A stretch of 64,000 bases of DNA. Source: an uncultured bacterium (GTDB lineage: Bacteria > Fidelibacterota > Marinisomatia > Marinisomatales > UBA1611). The position numbers and the translations under genes are program-made. Below, in pieces: positions 41,848 through 52,796 of this stretch. The DNA lies in contig CALSPG010000006.1 in the NCBI GenBank assembly GCA_943788175.1, positions 256,316 to 320,315 on the forward strand, read 5' to 3'. Under the pieces are notes generated by a model. That model was not told the origin of the DNA, did not search any database, and saw only the letters and a list, made by a program, of their open reading frames with translations. Each line of letters begins with the position of its first letter. Position 1 is the first letter of the stretch.

Positions 41848-44800
41848 ATTTTAACAGAATCATTTTTTTAGTTTTTCTAAAGCCTTTAGTTTCAATACTA
41901 TATACATAAATACCTGCTGATACAGGTTGCCCAAGGTTGTTGGTCGCATCCCATTCAATGCTTTGATAACCCGCTTTTTGAAATCCATTTTTTAGTGAGA
42001 CTATTTCTCGTCCCATAATATCAAATATTTTTATAGCGACATCACTATCTTTCGGCAAGTCAAAACGTATTATCGTTCTAGGGTTAAACGGATTTGGATA
42101 ATTCTGATGAAGAACATACTTATCCGGTATTAAATCATTATCTATTTCTAAAAAGTTACTTAAATCAAATTGAATATTCCTCAATTCATTAGTCATAGTA
42201 GAATCTTCACCATCCGAGGCAAAAACGGTCCAATATTTTTCTATCAGGCTTTGATTCGAATCAACCATGTCGTCAACAAAGATTTGATAGTTCAAATATA
42301 GGGCAGTATCAGAAACCATGGTGTCAAATACTGAAGCTTCAGCTAATGTACTTGGTTCGTTAAATAATAAGAATTTATAGAAAATCTCATTTCCATCAAG
42401 ATCTGAACTTGACTCCCATATTATTTCCAATTGAGAACCTTGCTCAAGATCTTCTGGCGTAATGACAGTGTATGATGAATCTTCAGGGCTTATTAAACTA
42501 AATTCTGAAGGAGGACTATTTTCGTTTTGTAATTGAAAATTTAAATGAGGCCACACACTTTTCTTTGTAGCATATCCTGAATTATGATCTACAACACTTG
42601 AGTTAAATTCACCCTTTTGAACTAATCTCTCAGAACTATAAAATGTAATATGATCATTTGTATCAAGGACACCTATGGAGAATGAATGTATTCCACTATT
42701 ATTTACATAGTCAGAAATATCAAACTCGATCGAATTATTTTGTGTAACAGAAAATACAGTATCAATAGGCTCAATTAAACTATGATCAGCCAAACCAATA
42801 TTATTCTCATCAATTTTTTCACCCCAATCTGTATTGTTGTAATTGTATAATACTAAACCACCATTTAATGAGGTCACTGTCTCTGGAGTTAAATAAAGTT
42901 TAGTAATACTTAAATCGTTAATAAATGGAGGTATATCAAACTTAAAAAATGATTTATAATCTCTAGAAACTGTTAGTGTCTGAATATGTTGAGGTAAATA
43001 AATACTATCAGCAATAGTGATATCTATAGAACGATCATTTTGAGGGAATAAACCATTCTCAGTAGTAAAATTCCAATTTCCACTATCTGAAGAACCTTCA
43101 ATGCCATTGATATGAACAGACCATGTGTAAGAAGAATTAGGCCTGAGATTTACGAACATTACATTAGAAGGATATGTGAAGGTATTTGTTTGACTTAATT
43201 CCGGACCGCTTATTGTAACTGTAGCTGTGACACCATTATAGTTTTCTGACCATGGGTAATTCCATGCAAGCCCGTATTCTAGAGGTACATTTTCGGCACC
43301 ATCATTTGGAATTGGAATACTAGGATAATTATATCTAAATCCGGGTATCCAATAAACAGAATCACCGTATTCGTAAGGCCCAATATCCGGTGCATCTCCA
43401 ATGAATGCTCTATTTTGATTTGGATAAGACTCGCCGTGATAGAAACTTTCTTCTTGTCCATCATTAATCCCTTCAACAATTTTACCATTATCAACGAAAA
43501 CAGACCCTTTTTTTGGTCTAAAGTCATATGACTGAATACGATCGTTTTCAAATGGATCTTCACCAAAGATATTAGATAATTCCTGTGAAGATTTATTCCT
43601 ATTATCAACCCAAGGGTTTTCCATTTCTAATTGCGGAAAAGATTGAGACCAGCTTCCTTCATTATTATCAATCGGGAATTGCCTTCCATACCAATTACCT
43701 GATTCATTTAATAAAAATTCAGGATTTGTATTAACGACATCTTCTCCGTTATTTGTTGTCGAAGGATCACCGCAATCATAGGAAGAACATGGAAAACTTC
43801 TTCCAGAAATAACATTATGAACTTGAGTATTATAATTTCCCTCTCCATTCTCGATCCCTTGTTCATGCTCATCAGTTCCATAATCACCACAATATTTATC
43901 AGGTCGAATATTTACATCATTATCATAATTATCATAGGCAGCAACATGGTACACATTATGTTTATCTCCCTTAATTCGAAATCCACGTTTGTTTCCGCTA
44001 GAAATTATATGATGAACGAGTCCATACTGACCGGCACAACTCCCATCAAAGCGGAAACCATTTCTATTTGTGTTAAACAACCAACAATATCTAGTAGTAG
44101 ATTTAATTGCTAATCCCGAAGCTCTTCCTATACCACTTCCATCTGAATCTTGATAATGATTCTCTATCCAGGCATACTCTACAAGTGATCTTTGGCCCGG
44201 TCCGATATTACCCGATCGATTGTGACGCATGGTAATGTATCTAAAGGTATCTGAAAAGTAATTTTCATCATTCATTATATCTTGACTAGAGTTACCACAA
44301 TTGACACAATTATCATCAACTTTTAAATTCCAATATTCACTACCAAACCAACCATTGTTTTCAGCTAAAATATTTTCATAAACAGGCCAACGCACACTCC
44401 TAGTTCTAAAAATATATCCATCAACCACATATCTAAAAATACAGTTGCGAACTGTATTACGTAGCCCATTAACCATCATATTGCCCCTATGACGCATGTC
44501 AATGCCTGCCGCAGCCATTTGTCGATGTCTTAGCCCTACTTCCCAACTATGACTAAAACTTGAATTTTTAAATGTTATATAACTTGCATCCCTAGAAAAC
44601 ACGGCACCAGAATAAAAATGGAAATTGTTAAAAACAATATTATCTGAATTGTGTAAATACAAGCTGTAAGTGCGAACTCGGACTCTAACATTTGTTGAAT
44701 CTGGGATCTCATTCCCAGGATAGATATATAAGGTGTTTGTATTTTTATCAAAACCGTACTCTTCGAGAGTGTCTAAATTATTTAAGTCCCCAGGTTCATA

Positions 44801-46039
44801 CCCTCCTGCATATGGTGCGCCACCATGATCTACTGAGAAAACAGTATTTGGTTCTTGGTTGTCTTTATTTCCATATGTAGGGTCAGTTGGATTTTTAAAA
44901 TTTACAGGCATCGCAGGAATCATATATCTATCATTTACAAACACCCCATAGATTGTATCAATGTAGGTATTAGCTTTTTTAGAAATCTGTCCCATATCAA
45001 GAACAGCTCTATAAACTTGGTTTCCATTTAAGCTATATTGCTCCCAGTTTGCATTTATATCTACAGTTCCATCTATAAATGTATTTTCATTTTCACCTTT
45101 AATTTCAATTGCTGGGCCTTCTTGATAAGTTGATTGATTAATATGATCAGCAAAAATAAGGTCGGTATATCTTCCTTCTCTAACTAAAATATTTTGACCT
45201 CCCTCTGCACTTTCTAAGGCACTTAATATAGTCCGGTAAGGACACCCGTATGAACCATCAGGCCCATCAGGACAAAACTCGGAACTAATAAATTCAGGTA
45301 ATATTTCTGCGTTATTTATAGATGCATGATACGAATTTGTAGAGTAATCAATAATTTTAAAATCTTCATTTGTATCCATCTTATAGTAAGCTAATAAACC
45401 ATTTGAATCTTCATCGACTGACCCTGCCATATTTTGGTTTATTTCAGATGCTGACCTCGCAACATTCCAAATTCGGACTTCATCTATTTTCCCAGAAAAT
45501 CTTGTACCAATTGATGTAATCGGAATTTCTGATGGAATTGACCCTGCCCAGTTTGAGGTACTGTCTATTGCTATTCCGTCTAAATATAATTTTGCTTTAG
45601 TTCCATCAAAACTAAAAGCAACATGCTGCCATGTTTTTGCGGCTCTTACATTTGCTTTTATTCTTCTATTTATTTGACCATTACTTGAAAAACCATAATA
45701 AATGTCATCGTTTCTAATAAATGTAATATTTGGTGAAGAGTTACTATATTGATTCCCAGAAAATATCAAGTTCCCAATTATTTTTTGATGATAATCACTA
45801 GTTGAATCATTAGAATAGAACATTGCCTCTAATGTAAAAGTGCTACCTAAGCTTGGAAAATTATTTGGGAGTCTTATTTCATCTTTCGAGGCGTTTTCAT
45901 AGTTATTCCAACCTCCATGTTTTGTAAATCTGTCAAATTTAGCATAATACTGCTTTTCATAATCCATACCACTATCTACATAAATGTCTTGTGAATAGCT
46001 ATAACATAAAAACACTAAAATAAATATTATCTTACTCAT
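41846..46039 (-). CDS. Giant secreted protein: LamG/ConA-like domain + right-handed beta-helix region + T9SS C-terminal sorting domain
   Basis: 1397 aa with a signal peptide (MSKIIFILVFLCYSYSQ). LamG-type block (VAFSFDGTKAKLYLDG...GKIDEVRIWNVARSASEI). The central region is rich in N/G/D-repeat beta-helix-like segments. CTD: YPNPFNPRTIIRFDLP...AGIYVYSIE...KMILLK. Confidence 0.75.
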   Translation of the reverse strand: MSKIIFILVFLCYSYSQDIYVDSGMDYEKQYYAKFDRFTKHGGWNNYENASKDEIRLPNNFPSLGSTFTLEAMFYSNDSTSDYHQKIIGNLIFSGNQYSNSSPNITFIRNDDIYYGFSSNGQINRRIKANVRAAKTWQHVAFSFDGTKAKLYLDGIAIDSTSNWAGSIPSEIPITSIGTRFSGKIDEVRIWNVARSASEINQNMAGSVDEDSNGLLAYYKMDTNEDFKIIDYSTNSYHASINNAEILPEFISSEFCPDGPDGSYGCPYRTILSALESAEGGQNILVREGRYTDLIFADHINQSTYQEGPAIEIKGENENTFIDGTVDINANWEQYSLNGNQVYRAVLDMGQISKKANTYIDTIYGVFVNDRYMIPAMPVNFKNPTDPTYGNKDNQEPNTVFSVDHGGAPYAGGYEPGDLNNLDTLEEYGFDKNTNTLYIYPGNEIPDSTNVRVRVRTYSLYLHNSDNIVFNNFHFYSGAVFSRDASYITFKNSSFSHSWEVGLRHRQMAAAGIDMRHRGNMMVNGLRNTVRNCIFRYVVDGYIFRTRSVRWPVYENILAENNGWFGSEYWNLKVDDNCVNCGNSSQDIMNDENYFSDTFRYITMRHNRSGNIGPGQRSLVEYAWIENHYQDSDGSGIGRASGLAIKSTTRYCWLFNTNRNGFRFDGSCAGQYGLVHHIISSGNKRGFRIKGDKHNVYHVAAYDNYDNDVNIRPDKYCGDYGTDEHEQGIENGEGNYNTQVHNVISGRSFPCSSYDCGDPSTTNNGEDVVNTNPEFLLNESGNWYGRQFPIDNNEGSWSQSFPQLEMENPWVDNRNKSSQELSNIFGEDPFENDRIQSYDFRPKKGSVFVDNGKIVEGINDGQEESFYHGESYPNQNRAFIGDAPDIGPYEYGDSVYWIPGFRYNYPSIPIPNDGAENVPLEYGLAWNYPWSENYNGVTATVTISGPELSQTNTFTYPSNVMFVNLRPNSSYTWSVHINGIEGSSDSGNWNFTTENGLFPQNDRSIDITIADSIYLPQHIQTLTVSRDYKSFFKFDIPPFINDLSITKLYLTPETVTSLNGGLVLYNYNNTDWGEKIDENNIGLADHSLIEPIDTVFSVTQNNSIEFDISDYVNNSGIHSFSIGVLDTNDHITFYSSERLVQKGEFNSSVVDHNSGYATKKSVWPHLNFQLQNENSPPSEFSLISPEDSSYTVITPEDLEQGSQLEIIWESSSDLDGNEIFYKFLLFNEPSTLAEASVFDTMVSDTALYLNYQIFVDDMVDSNQSLIEKYWTVFASDGEDSTMTNELRNIQFDLSNFLEIDNDLIPDKYVLHQNYPNPFNPRTIIRFDLPKDSDVAIKIFDIMGREIVSLKNGFQKAGYQSIEWDATNNLGQPVSAGIYVYSIETKGFRKTKKMILLK

Positions 46040-46208
46040 TTATTTTCTCCAACGCCACTAAATATAAAAAATAATTGTTTAAACTGACTTGAAAATATAA
46101 AACAGAAAAATCTATTAGTAATGTTGATTCGAGTCTTGAAAATAATAAAGTAAAGTTAGAAGTTTAAAGCTGCTATGAATATCATATCTTACATTAAAGA
46201 TGTTTTAA

Positions 46209-47882
46209 ATGAACTTAGTCCGAAATCTAATGTTCTATCCCTTTCAGAATAATATCAAAGGAGATATAGTAGCTGGTGTTACTGTCGGTATAATTGCATT
46301 GCCTCTAGCACTGGCTTTTGGTGAAATTTCACAGCTTGGTCCAATCGCAGGTGTATGGGGTGCAATAGCAGGTGGTGTTGTAGGAGGTCTATTTGGTGGG
46401 TGCCTTGTTGGTGTAAGTGGTCCCACAGCTCCAAAGGCTGCACAGATTGCAGCATACATGAGCTTTTTTGTTATAGGTAGCTCAAATAATCCAGATTTAG
46501 TTGCGGCTTTTTCAATCATATTTTTAAGTGGTCTGATATTAGTTTTAATATCTTTTGCAAGAATTTCTCATTTTATACATTACACACCTTATCCTGTTGT
46601 TGCTGGATTCATGTGTGGCATAGGAGTTATTGTTATACTAACACAACTCAATGCTTTTGTAGGACTTGAAGTAAAGAAGAGTATAAAAGATGTAATTATT
46701 AATATACCAGATACATTAAATAGTGCAAATATTGATGCGCTTTATGTTTCAATACCTTCACTAATCATTCTATTTTTGTGGCCCATAATTGGAAAAACCT
46801 TTTTATTTTTAAAAAAAATTCCTGCTCCCTTAACTGCACTGTTAGTTGGAACTAGTATAGCCCAGATACTTAGTCTAGACATCCCCTATATTGGAGATAA
46901 AATGGGCAATGAAGCTGCAAATGAAATTTTTTCAATTTACATCCCTGATTTAGGTCGATCTATTGAATTTATAGCCCCTGCATTTGCTTTAGCCGGACTA
47001 GCAGTATTAGATAGCTTATTAAGTTGTAAAGTTGCTGACAACATAACAGGTAATCGTCATAGTAGCGATAGAGAGACCTTTGGCCAAGGAATGGCGAATA
47101 TGGCAGCGGGATTATTTGGTGGAGTAACGACTGCAACAGCCACAATGCGTACTGTAGCCAATATTAAATTTGGAGGAAAAACTCCTCTGGCATCTATTGT
47201 CCACGGGTTAACGCTTTTAGCTGTATTACTAGGCTTAGGCTCTTTAGTAGCAAAAATACCAACTGCATGCCTGGCAGCAATTTTATTTAAAGTAGGTATT
47301 GAGATTTTAGATTATCGAATAATGCCTGTAATAAATAAACTGCCACTAAAAGATTTAATCATATTTTCAACAGTGTTGTTAATTACAGTTTACGAAGACC
47401 TAATGGTAGCGATAGCTATTGGAGTTGTTTTTGCTATTTTAAGCTCTTTAAAAGATTTGAAAAATATTATCAAAGAAAAAGAAAATTATCAATTTTTTAA
47501 CGTTACTGATTCTGATTATAAAAATGATATAAAACTTAAATCTGCAAATGATAGTAATATCAATGTTTTGTTACCAAGTGGACCATTATTTTTTGGGTCT
47601 ATTGAAAAACTAATTAAATCATACAATAATATACCAAGTGATAGCAATGTCATCATTGATATGAAGAACATAACATATGTGGACCTATCAGGTGTTTTTG
47701 GCTTGGAAGATCTTTTTAAACTCTCTCAGCTCCAAAAAAGAAAAGTAATAATAGCAAATATGAAAGATGAGATAAATAAAAGCTTTAATGATTTAAAAGT
47801 TATTGAAAATATGGGTCTTACAAATTTTTGTAAATCAAAAGAAGAAGTAATTCAAAAGATCAATAACAGTTTTTTTAAATAA
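46209..47882 (+). CDS. SulP family anion permease with a C-terminal STAS domain
   Basis: 557 aa. GDIVAGVTVGIIALPLALAFGE, at least 10 TM helices and a STAS-like tail (VIIDMKNITYVDLSGVFGLEDL). Confidence 0.85.
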   Translation: MNLVRNLMFYPFQNNIKGDIVAGVTVGIIALPLALAFGEISQLGPIAGVWGAIAGGVVGGLFGGCLVGVSGPTAPKAAQIAAYMSFFVIGSSNNPDLVAAFSIIFLSGLILVLISFARISHFIHYTPYPVVAGFMCGIGVIVILTQLNAFVGLEVKKSIKDVIINIPDTLNSANIDALYVSIPSLIILFLWPIIGKTFLFLKKIPAPLTALLVGTSIAQILSLDIPYIGDKMGNEAANEIFSIYIPDLGRSIEFIAPAFALAGLAVLDSLLSCKVADNITGNRHSSDRETFGQGMANMAAGLFGGVTTATATMRTVANIKFGGKTPLASIVHGLTLLAVLLGLGSLVAKIPTACLAAILFKVGIEILDYRIMPVINKLPLKDLIIFSTVLLITVYEDLMVAIAIGVVFAILSSLKDLKNIIKEKENYQFFNVTDSDYKNDIKLKSANDSNINVLLPSGPLFFGSIEKLIKSYNNIPSDSNVIIDMKNITYVDLSGVFGLEDLFKLSQLQKRKVIIANMKDEINKSFNDLKVIENMGLTNFCKSKEEVIQKINNSFFK

Positions 47883-47884
47883 GT

Positions 47885-48916
47885 TTAAATTATAGAATTA
47901 ATGTACTCTCTACATAATTCAATTGTTCCTCTATAGACTATGAAATCATTTCGTAGTTCAAGTTTATAATTATACATTTTATCGTAATAGTTTGTTAATA
48001 ACATTAATATCCACTTTTTATGAACATCTTTGTCATTATTGACAAATGCATTTTCCATTAAATTTTTTATTTCATTATAAACCTTATCCCCTAGCCTTCT
48101 ATTAATATTTTTTAATGACCTTAAATATTTATTTTGAAGAATATCATTTTTGCACCCATTTTTTAATTCTTCATAAATATATTCGTAATAAATATTTTCG
48201 GCTCTTTTATCATTCCCAACCTCTAAAATTATAAGTTTTGAGGTTTGCATTTTTTGATACCAAGAATCTGGTAAACCAGTTCTTCCTATTGTTCTACTTT
48301 CATCTTCAAGAATCAAATGATTATAACCATGATTCAAATAGCTCATGGTCAGGATGTTCTCAAAATTTGCTTGGGAAGGTTGACCATCTTTTTTACCTCC
48401 AAAGGCAGAACCTCGGTGATTTGCAATCCCCTCTAAATCAATTGATTCTTTAAATGACTTTAAAAATTCGGTTTTCCCTGACCCCGTTAAACCACCTATA
48501 ATTATCCATTCATTTTTATAATTGTCTATATTTATATGTTGAGTAACGATTCTATTTCTAAAATTTTTATAACCTCCAGCAAGTCTCTCTACATTTAGAC
48601 CATATTCACGCAACCATTTGACTGCAATCTCTGACCTCATACCTCCACGGAAACAGAAGACTACACTCCCTGGATTTGCTTTTAAATGTTTAGCCCATAA
48701 TTTGATAAGTTTTTTTTTTGATTCTTGTTTTACCAAGGAGTGACCTAATAAGACAGCAGCAGCGCTTCCATTATTTTTATATTCAATCCCAACTTTTTTA
48801 AATTGATCATTGGTTAAAATTGGTATGTTGATGCTAGAGGGTATAGAACCTTTTTTAAATTCATTCTCTGACCTGAGGTCAATATTGGAGACATTAGATA
48901 AAGTTTTGAATCGCAA
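47885..48916 (-). CDS. selU: tRNA 2-selenouridine synthase (rhodanese + P-loop)
   Basis: 343 aa. Rhodanese part (SENEFKKGSIPSSINIP ... VVFCFRGGMRSEIAVKWL), a P-loop (IIGGLTGSGKTEFL) and IANHRGSAFG. Confidence 0.8.
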   Translation of the reverse strand: MRFKTLSNVSNIDLRSENEFKKGSIPSSINIPILTNDQFKKVGIEYKNNGSAAAVLLGHSLVKQESKKKLIKLWAKHLKANPGSVVFCFRGGMRSEIAVKWLREYGLNVERLAGGYKNFRNRIVTQHINIDNYKNEWIIIGGLTGSGKTEFLKSFKESIDLEGIANHRGSAFGGKKDGQPSQANFENILTMSYLNHGYNHLILEDESRTIGRTGLPDSWYQKMQTSKLIILEVGNDKRAENIYYEYIYEELKNGCKNDILQNKYLRSLKNINRRLGDKVYNEIKNLMENAFVNNDKDVHKKWILMLLTNYYDKMYNYKLELRNDFIVYRGTIELCREYINSII

Positions 48917-48942
48917 ACTATATAGATTAAAAAGTTATAATT

Positions 48943-49377
48943 TTATGTCAATTCTTCGATTGCTATGTTTGCCAACAAATCCGCTCTTTCATTTTCAGGA
49001 TGTCCGGAATGCCCTTTTACCCAAGCCCAACTAATAGAATGTATTTTAATAAGCGAATCTAGTTCAATCCATAATTCTTTATTTTTTACTTCTTTTTTTG
49101 CAGCTGTCTTCCATCCATTTTTTTTCCAATTATGTATCCAATTAGTTATACCATTTTTTACATATTTTGAATCCGTGGTAATAATCAACTCGCAAGGTTT
49201 CTTTAAATTTCTCAGAGACTCAATTACCGCTGTCATTTCCATGATGTTATTTGTAGTGTTTTTACTTGCACCATAAATTTCTTTTTCAGTCTCATCATAT
49301 CGTAATATTGCCCCCCAACCTCCAGGACCAGGGTTACCTTTACAAGCACCATCTGTAAAAATTTCTACTTTGTTCAT
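48943..49377 (-). CDS. rnhA: Ribonuclease HI
   Basis: 144 aa. [22 protein letters not shown] ... NNIMEMTAV ... [18 protein letters not shown]. Confidence 0.95.
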   Translation of the reverse strand: MNKVEIFTDGACKGNPGPGGWGAILRYDETEKEIYGASKNTTNNIMEMTAVIESLRNLKKPCELIITTDSKYVKNGITNWIHNWKKNGWKTAAKKEVKNKELWIELDSLIKIHSISWAWVKGHSGHPENERADLLANIAIEELT

Positions 49378-49390
49378 TTTGATAAAATAA

Positions 49391-51712
49391 TCATATTAAC
49401 GGTGATTCAAAAATCTCAGATCGTTTTTTTAGAAATTCTAAATTTCTAACAGATTCTTTAAGTTTAAGGTCTAGTTGAAATTTAATTCTATTTTGATCTT
49501 TATACTGACTATCTAAACTTTTCAGCTTGGAAGGGGATTGTTTAATCCTCAACTCATAATCCTTGATAGTTTTATTATTTTGTTTCATTATATCTTTATC
49601 CTTTAAAACTTCATATTCTTTATCAAGTATATCTTTTTCAATTGGAGCAATTTTCTCAGTTACACTAGCTTTTAATTCAATTAACGCAGAGCTTAAAGCT
49701 GAAAAATTTTCATGAAACTGACTTAATTTTTGATTCAAATATTTCACCTCTTTTTTTAATGAATTATGTTCCATCAATAATTTTTTTAAATCATTACTAG
49801 CGGTAAGACGATTTTCCATTTTTGCTATTTTGGCTTTAATGCCCTTTTTCTCATCAATCTGCTCAATCAAGTCATTATTTAATTTTAATTTAATTCTAAT
49901 ATTATTCTCGAGTTTAGCCCTTAATGTCTTTGCGGATTTTTTATTCTGCTCCAAATTGGATTTAAGGTTTTGAACAGATTCTTCATTTTTTCTGATCTCA
50001 TTATCAATTTTTTTTGTATCATTTTTGATTGTTTTTTTTATTTTTCTTATTGTTTTTCTACTGTATTCAATTTTTGTACAAATATTTTCTTTCACTAACT
50101 CAAGGTCTTCCATTTCTATAGAATTATTTTTACTATTATTGTCAATTTTTTCTAATTCTTTCATTCTAGGTCCAAGAGAGTCTTCTAATAAAAGTATACG
50201 GTTTGTACATTTTTGAAGGTCTGAATTAATATTTGATAAATTTCTTTCTTTTTTTACTAATAAAGAATCTATAACAGGCATATCTTTTTTATGCTCACGA
50301 TGTAAATCATTCATATTTTTCTGCAAATTCTTTTTTCGCTCAATAAAAAGTTTCATCTGTTGAGACTCAGATTTTTTCGATGCTTTTAATTCAAAAATCT
50401 TATTTTCTATAATTTCAGTCTCTTGATGTAAGTTTTTCAAATCAGATTTTTTTACATCTGCTTTCAAATTATTTTTTTTCTCACTTTGATCAAATTCTTT
50501 TTGAACTGCTTCAAAATTTGATTTCATTTTTCTTATCGTTTTATCAAGATAATCGTTTTCTTTATATTGATTTCTTAATAGCTCTAATGATTTATTTTTT
50601 TCGGTAATTAATAATTCTATAAAAGATGTGATTAAGATTTCATTCTCTTTTATTTTTTTTGAACTAGTTGAAATTGAACCATAATCATTTTTTAATTCCT
50701 TAAGCATTTTTTTTGTTGTAGATAATTCAAGCGCATAAATATTTTTTAAGGACTGAACTTTTTCACTTAACTCTTCAAAAAAAGAATGCTTTTCAACAAT
50801 CTCTGTTTCTATTTTTGAAAGATTAATACTATTCATCTTATTTTCTTTCTCTGATACCACTTTATTTTGTTCAATAATGTTGAGTTTACTTATTGTATCA
50901 GAATACTTTACCTGTGCACTTTTTAACATCTTTTCTGATGTCTTCATGTTTTCAGCAATTTCTTTTTTTGATTGTAACCTAGAAGCTATTATTGAGTCAT
51001 TTTCTTTTTTGGCTTTTATACTTTTTTGCCTTAAATCATCCAGTATTTTATAATTTTGATTTATCTCAAACTCTATTTGCGATGGATCTCTACCAATACT
51101 TATGACTTTCTTTTCATAAGATTTTAATTCTAACTCTAGAGCATTTTTTTCATTATAAAGGTTTAATTTTTTAATTTCAATATTATGAATCTCATTGTTA
51201 AGCTTTTCTGATTTTTTATTTAATGAAGTAAGTTTCATTTTTAATCCATATTTTAATTTCTCAAGCCTTTTATCCAACATATATATCTTTTTATCATGGA
51301 TTTTTATGAAGGATGAAGATTGCTCTCTTTTTTTTGTTATGTCATCTATATTAGATAAAGATTCGTTCACTACCTCTTCCCCCGTGATAATAAGTTGGTC
51401 AACTTTATTCATCCTTTGTTCTGCTTTATTTAATACTTTGGTCAAATTGTTTGTAAGCTGATTAACCTTTAACAATCTTAAATCTTCTTGATTCTTTATT
51501 CGATTTCTTAATTCCTTGAGCTTTGCTTGATAAACTGCATCTAGTTTTTTAGAGTTCTGATTATACTTTTCCTCATCTAGTTTTCTTTTGCTAAAAACAT
51601 CATTTAATTTTTCTTGTTCCTTTAATTGCACATTGATAAAAGATTTCTCAACAACATCTTTTTCTTTTAAAAGAAGTTCTTTCCCGTTTACTAATTTTTT
51701 CAATGGTACCAT
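49391..51712 (-). CDS. Giant K/E/N/I-rich coiled-coil protein (C-terminal 773 aa; probably continuous with 51648..52796)
   Basis: 773 aa of near-uninterrupted heptad-like, charge-rich sequence. No P-loop or other catalytic motif is visible. Confidence 0.6.
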   Translation of the reverse strand: MVPLKKLVNGKELLLKEKDVVEKSFINVQLKEQEKLNDVFSKRKLDEEKYNQNSKKLDAVYQAKLKELRNRIKNQEDLRLLKVNQLTNNLTKVLNKAEQRMNKVDQLIITGEEVVNESLSNIDDITKKREQSSSFIKIHDKKIYMLDKRLEKLKYGLKMKLTSLNKKSEKLNNEIHNIEIKKLNLYNEKNALELELKSYEKKVISIGRDPSQIEFEINQNYKILDDLRQKSIKAKKENDSIIASRLQSKKEIAENMKTSEKMLKSAQVKYSDTISKLNIIEQNKVVSEKENKMNSINLSKIETEIVEKHSFFEELSEKVQSLKNIYALELSTTKKMLKELKNDYGSISTSSKKIKENEILITSFIELLITEKNKSLELLRNQYKENDYLDKTIRKMKSNFEAVQKEFDQSEKKNNLKADVKKSDLKNLHQETEIIENKIFELKASKKSESQQMKLFIERKKNLQKNMNDLHREHKKDMPVIDSLLVKKERNLSNINSDLQKCTNRILLLEDSLGPRMKELEKIDNNSKNNSIEMEDLELVKENICTKIEYSRKTIRKIKKTIKNDTKKIDNEIRKNEESVQNLKSNLEQNKKSAKTLRAKLENNIRIKLKLNNDLIEQIDEKKGIKAKIAKMENRLTASNDLKKLLMEHNSLKKEVKYLNQKLSQFHENFSALSSALIELKASVTEKIAPIEKDILDKEYEVLKDKDIMKQNNKTIKDYELRIKQSPSKLKSLDSQYKDQNRIKFQLDLKLKESVRNLEFLKKRSEIFESPLI

Positions 51713-52796
51713 TAATTTTCTCGTAGTTCTTTTGAGCTTTTTTTATTTTTTTATTAAAAATATTCATCTCTTTTTTCAATAATGATATTTTGTATTTTAT
51801 TTTTTTTACTTCATTTTTATGACTAGATATTTTTTTCAATAACTCTTTTTTGGTGATGTTTAGAGCTTTCTTAAGATCTACTATAGATTTTTGATGGCTT
51901 AATATTGATGCCCCCACTAATACATCAACCTGACTTCCAACGACTTCATCAGGTATTGATGACTCCATTGATTGTTTTAAAAAAGAAGCATAAGTATCTC
52001 CAGATTTGAAACTAATTTTGTTTTCTAATTCTTGAACTTTTGAAGCAGTTATTAATATTTTATCTTTTAATGCTGCTTCAAATTCCTTAGATAATGATAC
52101 TTCTGCATTTAATTGCTGGTTATAAGTGATAATTTTTGAAGATATTCTCTCTTTTAATACTTTAGACCTTTCTATATGGCTTTCATGCTTTTTTAGTTCT
52201 CTTTTTTTCTGAAATTTAAATTTTTGGATTTTTTCATTAACTTTTTTCAGCTTTTGCTCTATGTCTGAGTAATTTTTTTCATGAATTTTAATTACTGTCA
52301 AAATCTTTAACTCATCTTGCAGCAATTTTGAATTCATATCTAGAAATATTTTCTTTAGTTTTTCTTGCCTTACCTTTTCTTTATCGATTTCAACATTTTG
52401 TTCTTTTTGAATTTTTTCTATATTTAAATCTCTCTGTGTGTCTACTTCAGCTTCTTTTTGGCTAGCAATAAGCTGTGATTTTTCAATTTCTATATTTATT
52501 AATTTTTTTTCGGCATTCAAACTATTTAATTCTTTTTTCCACAATCTAATTTCACCAAGAACTTGTTTCTCCTCAAACCTTGAACTACTAATCCAAGTTT
52601 TGTTACTTATTATTTCATTTTCGTAATTACTAATCTGTAGTCTTATTTTTTCAATTTCTCTACTTTTTTCTTCCCTGACATTCTCTTCTTCTAGACCAGT
52701 TACTTTAATTTTATGATTAATTGATGCAATTTTATCATTTTCTTTTTCAATATTAGAGACCAGTGCTTCAAAAATATTTACTTTTTTATCTAATTC
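51648..52796 (-). CDS. Coiled-coil protein fragment (frame open 52796 to 51648; first canonical start is the TTG at 52544)
   Basis: Track ORF 51648..52544 begins at a TTG. The same frame stays open 84 codons further upstream (ELDKKVNIFEALVSNIEKENDKIAS...), with no ATG. The 3' end overlaps the 773-aa ORF by 65 nt in another frame. Removing one A from the A6 run at about 51690 joins them (..INGTIEK|[13 protein letters not shown]..). Confidence 0.5.
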   Translation of the reverse strand, partial: ELDKKVNIFEALVSNIEKENDKIASINHKIKVTGLEEENVREEKSREIEKIRLQISNYENEIISNKTWISSSRFEEKQVLGEIRLWKKELNSLNAEKKLINIEIEKSQLIASQKEAEVDTQRDLNIEKIQKEQNVEIDKEKVRQEKLKKIFLDMNSKLLQDELKILTVIKIHEKNYSDIEQKLKKVNEKIQKFKFQKKRELKKHESHIERSKVLKERISSKIITYNQQLNAEVSLSKEFEAALKDKILITASKVQELENKISFKSGDTYASFLKQSMESSIPDEVVGSQVDVLVGASILSHQKSIVDLKKALNITKKELLKKISSHKNEVKKIKYKISLLKKEMNIFNKKIKKAQKNYEKINGTIEKISKRERTSFKRKRCC

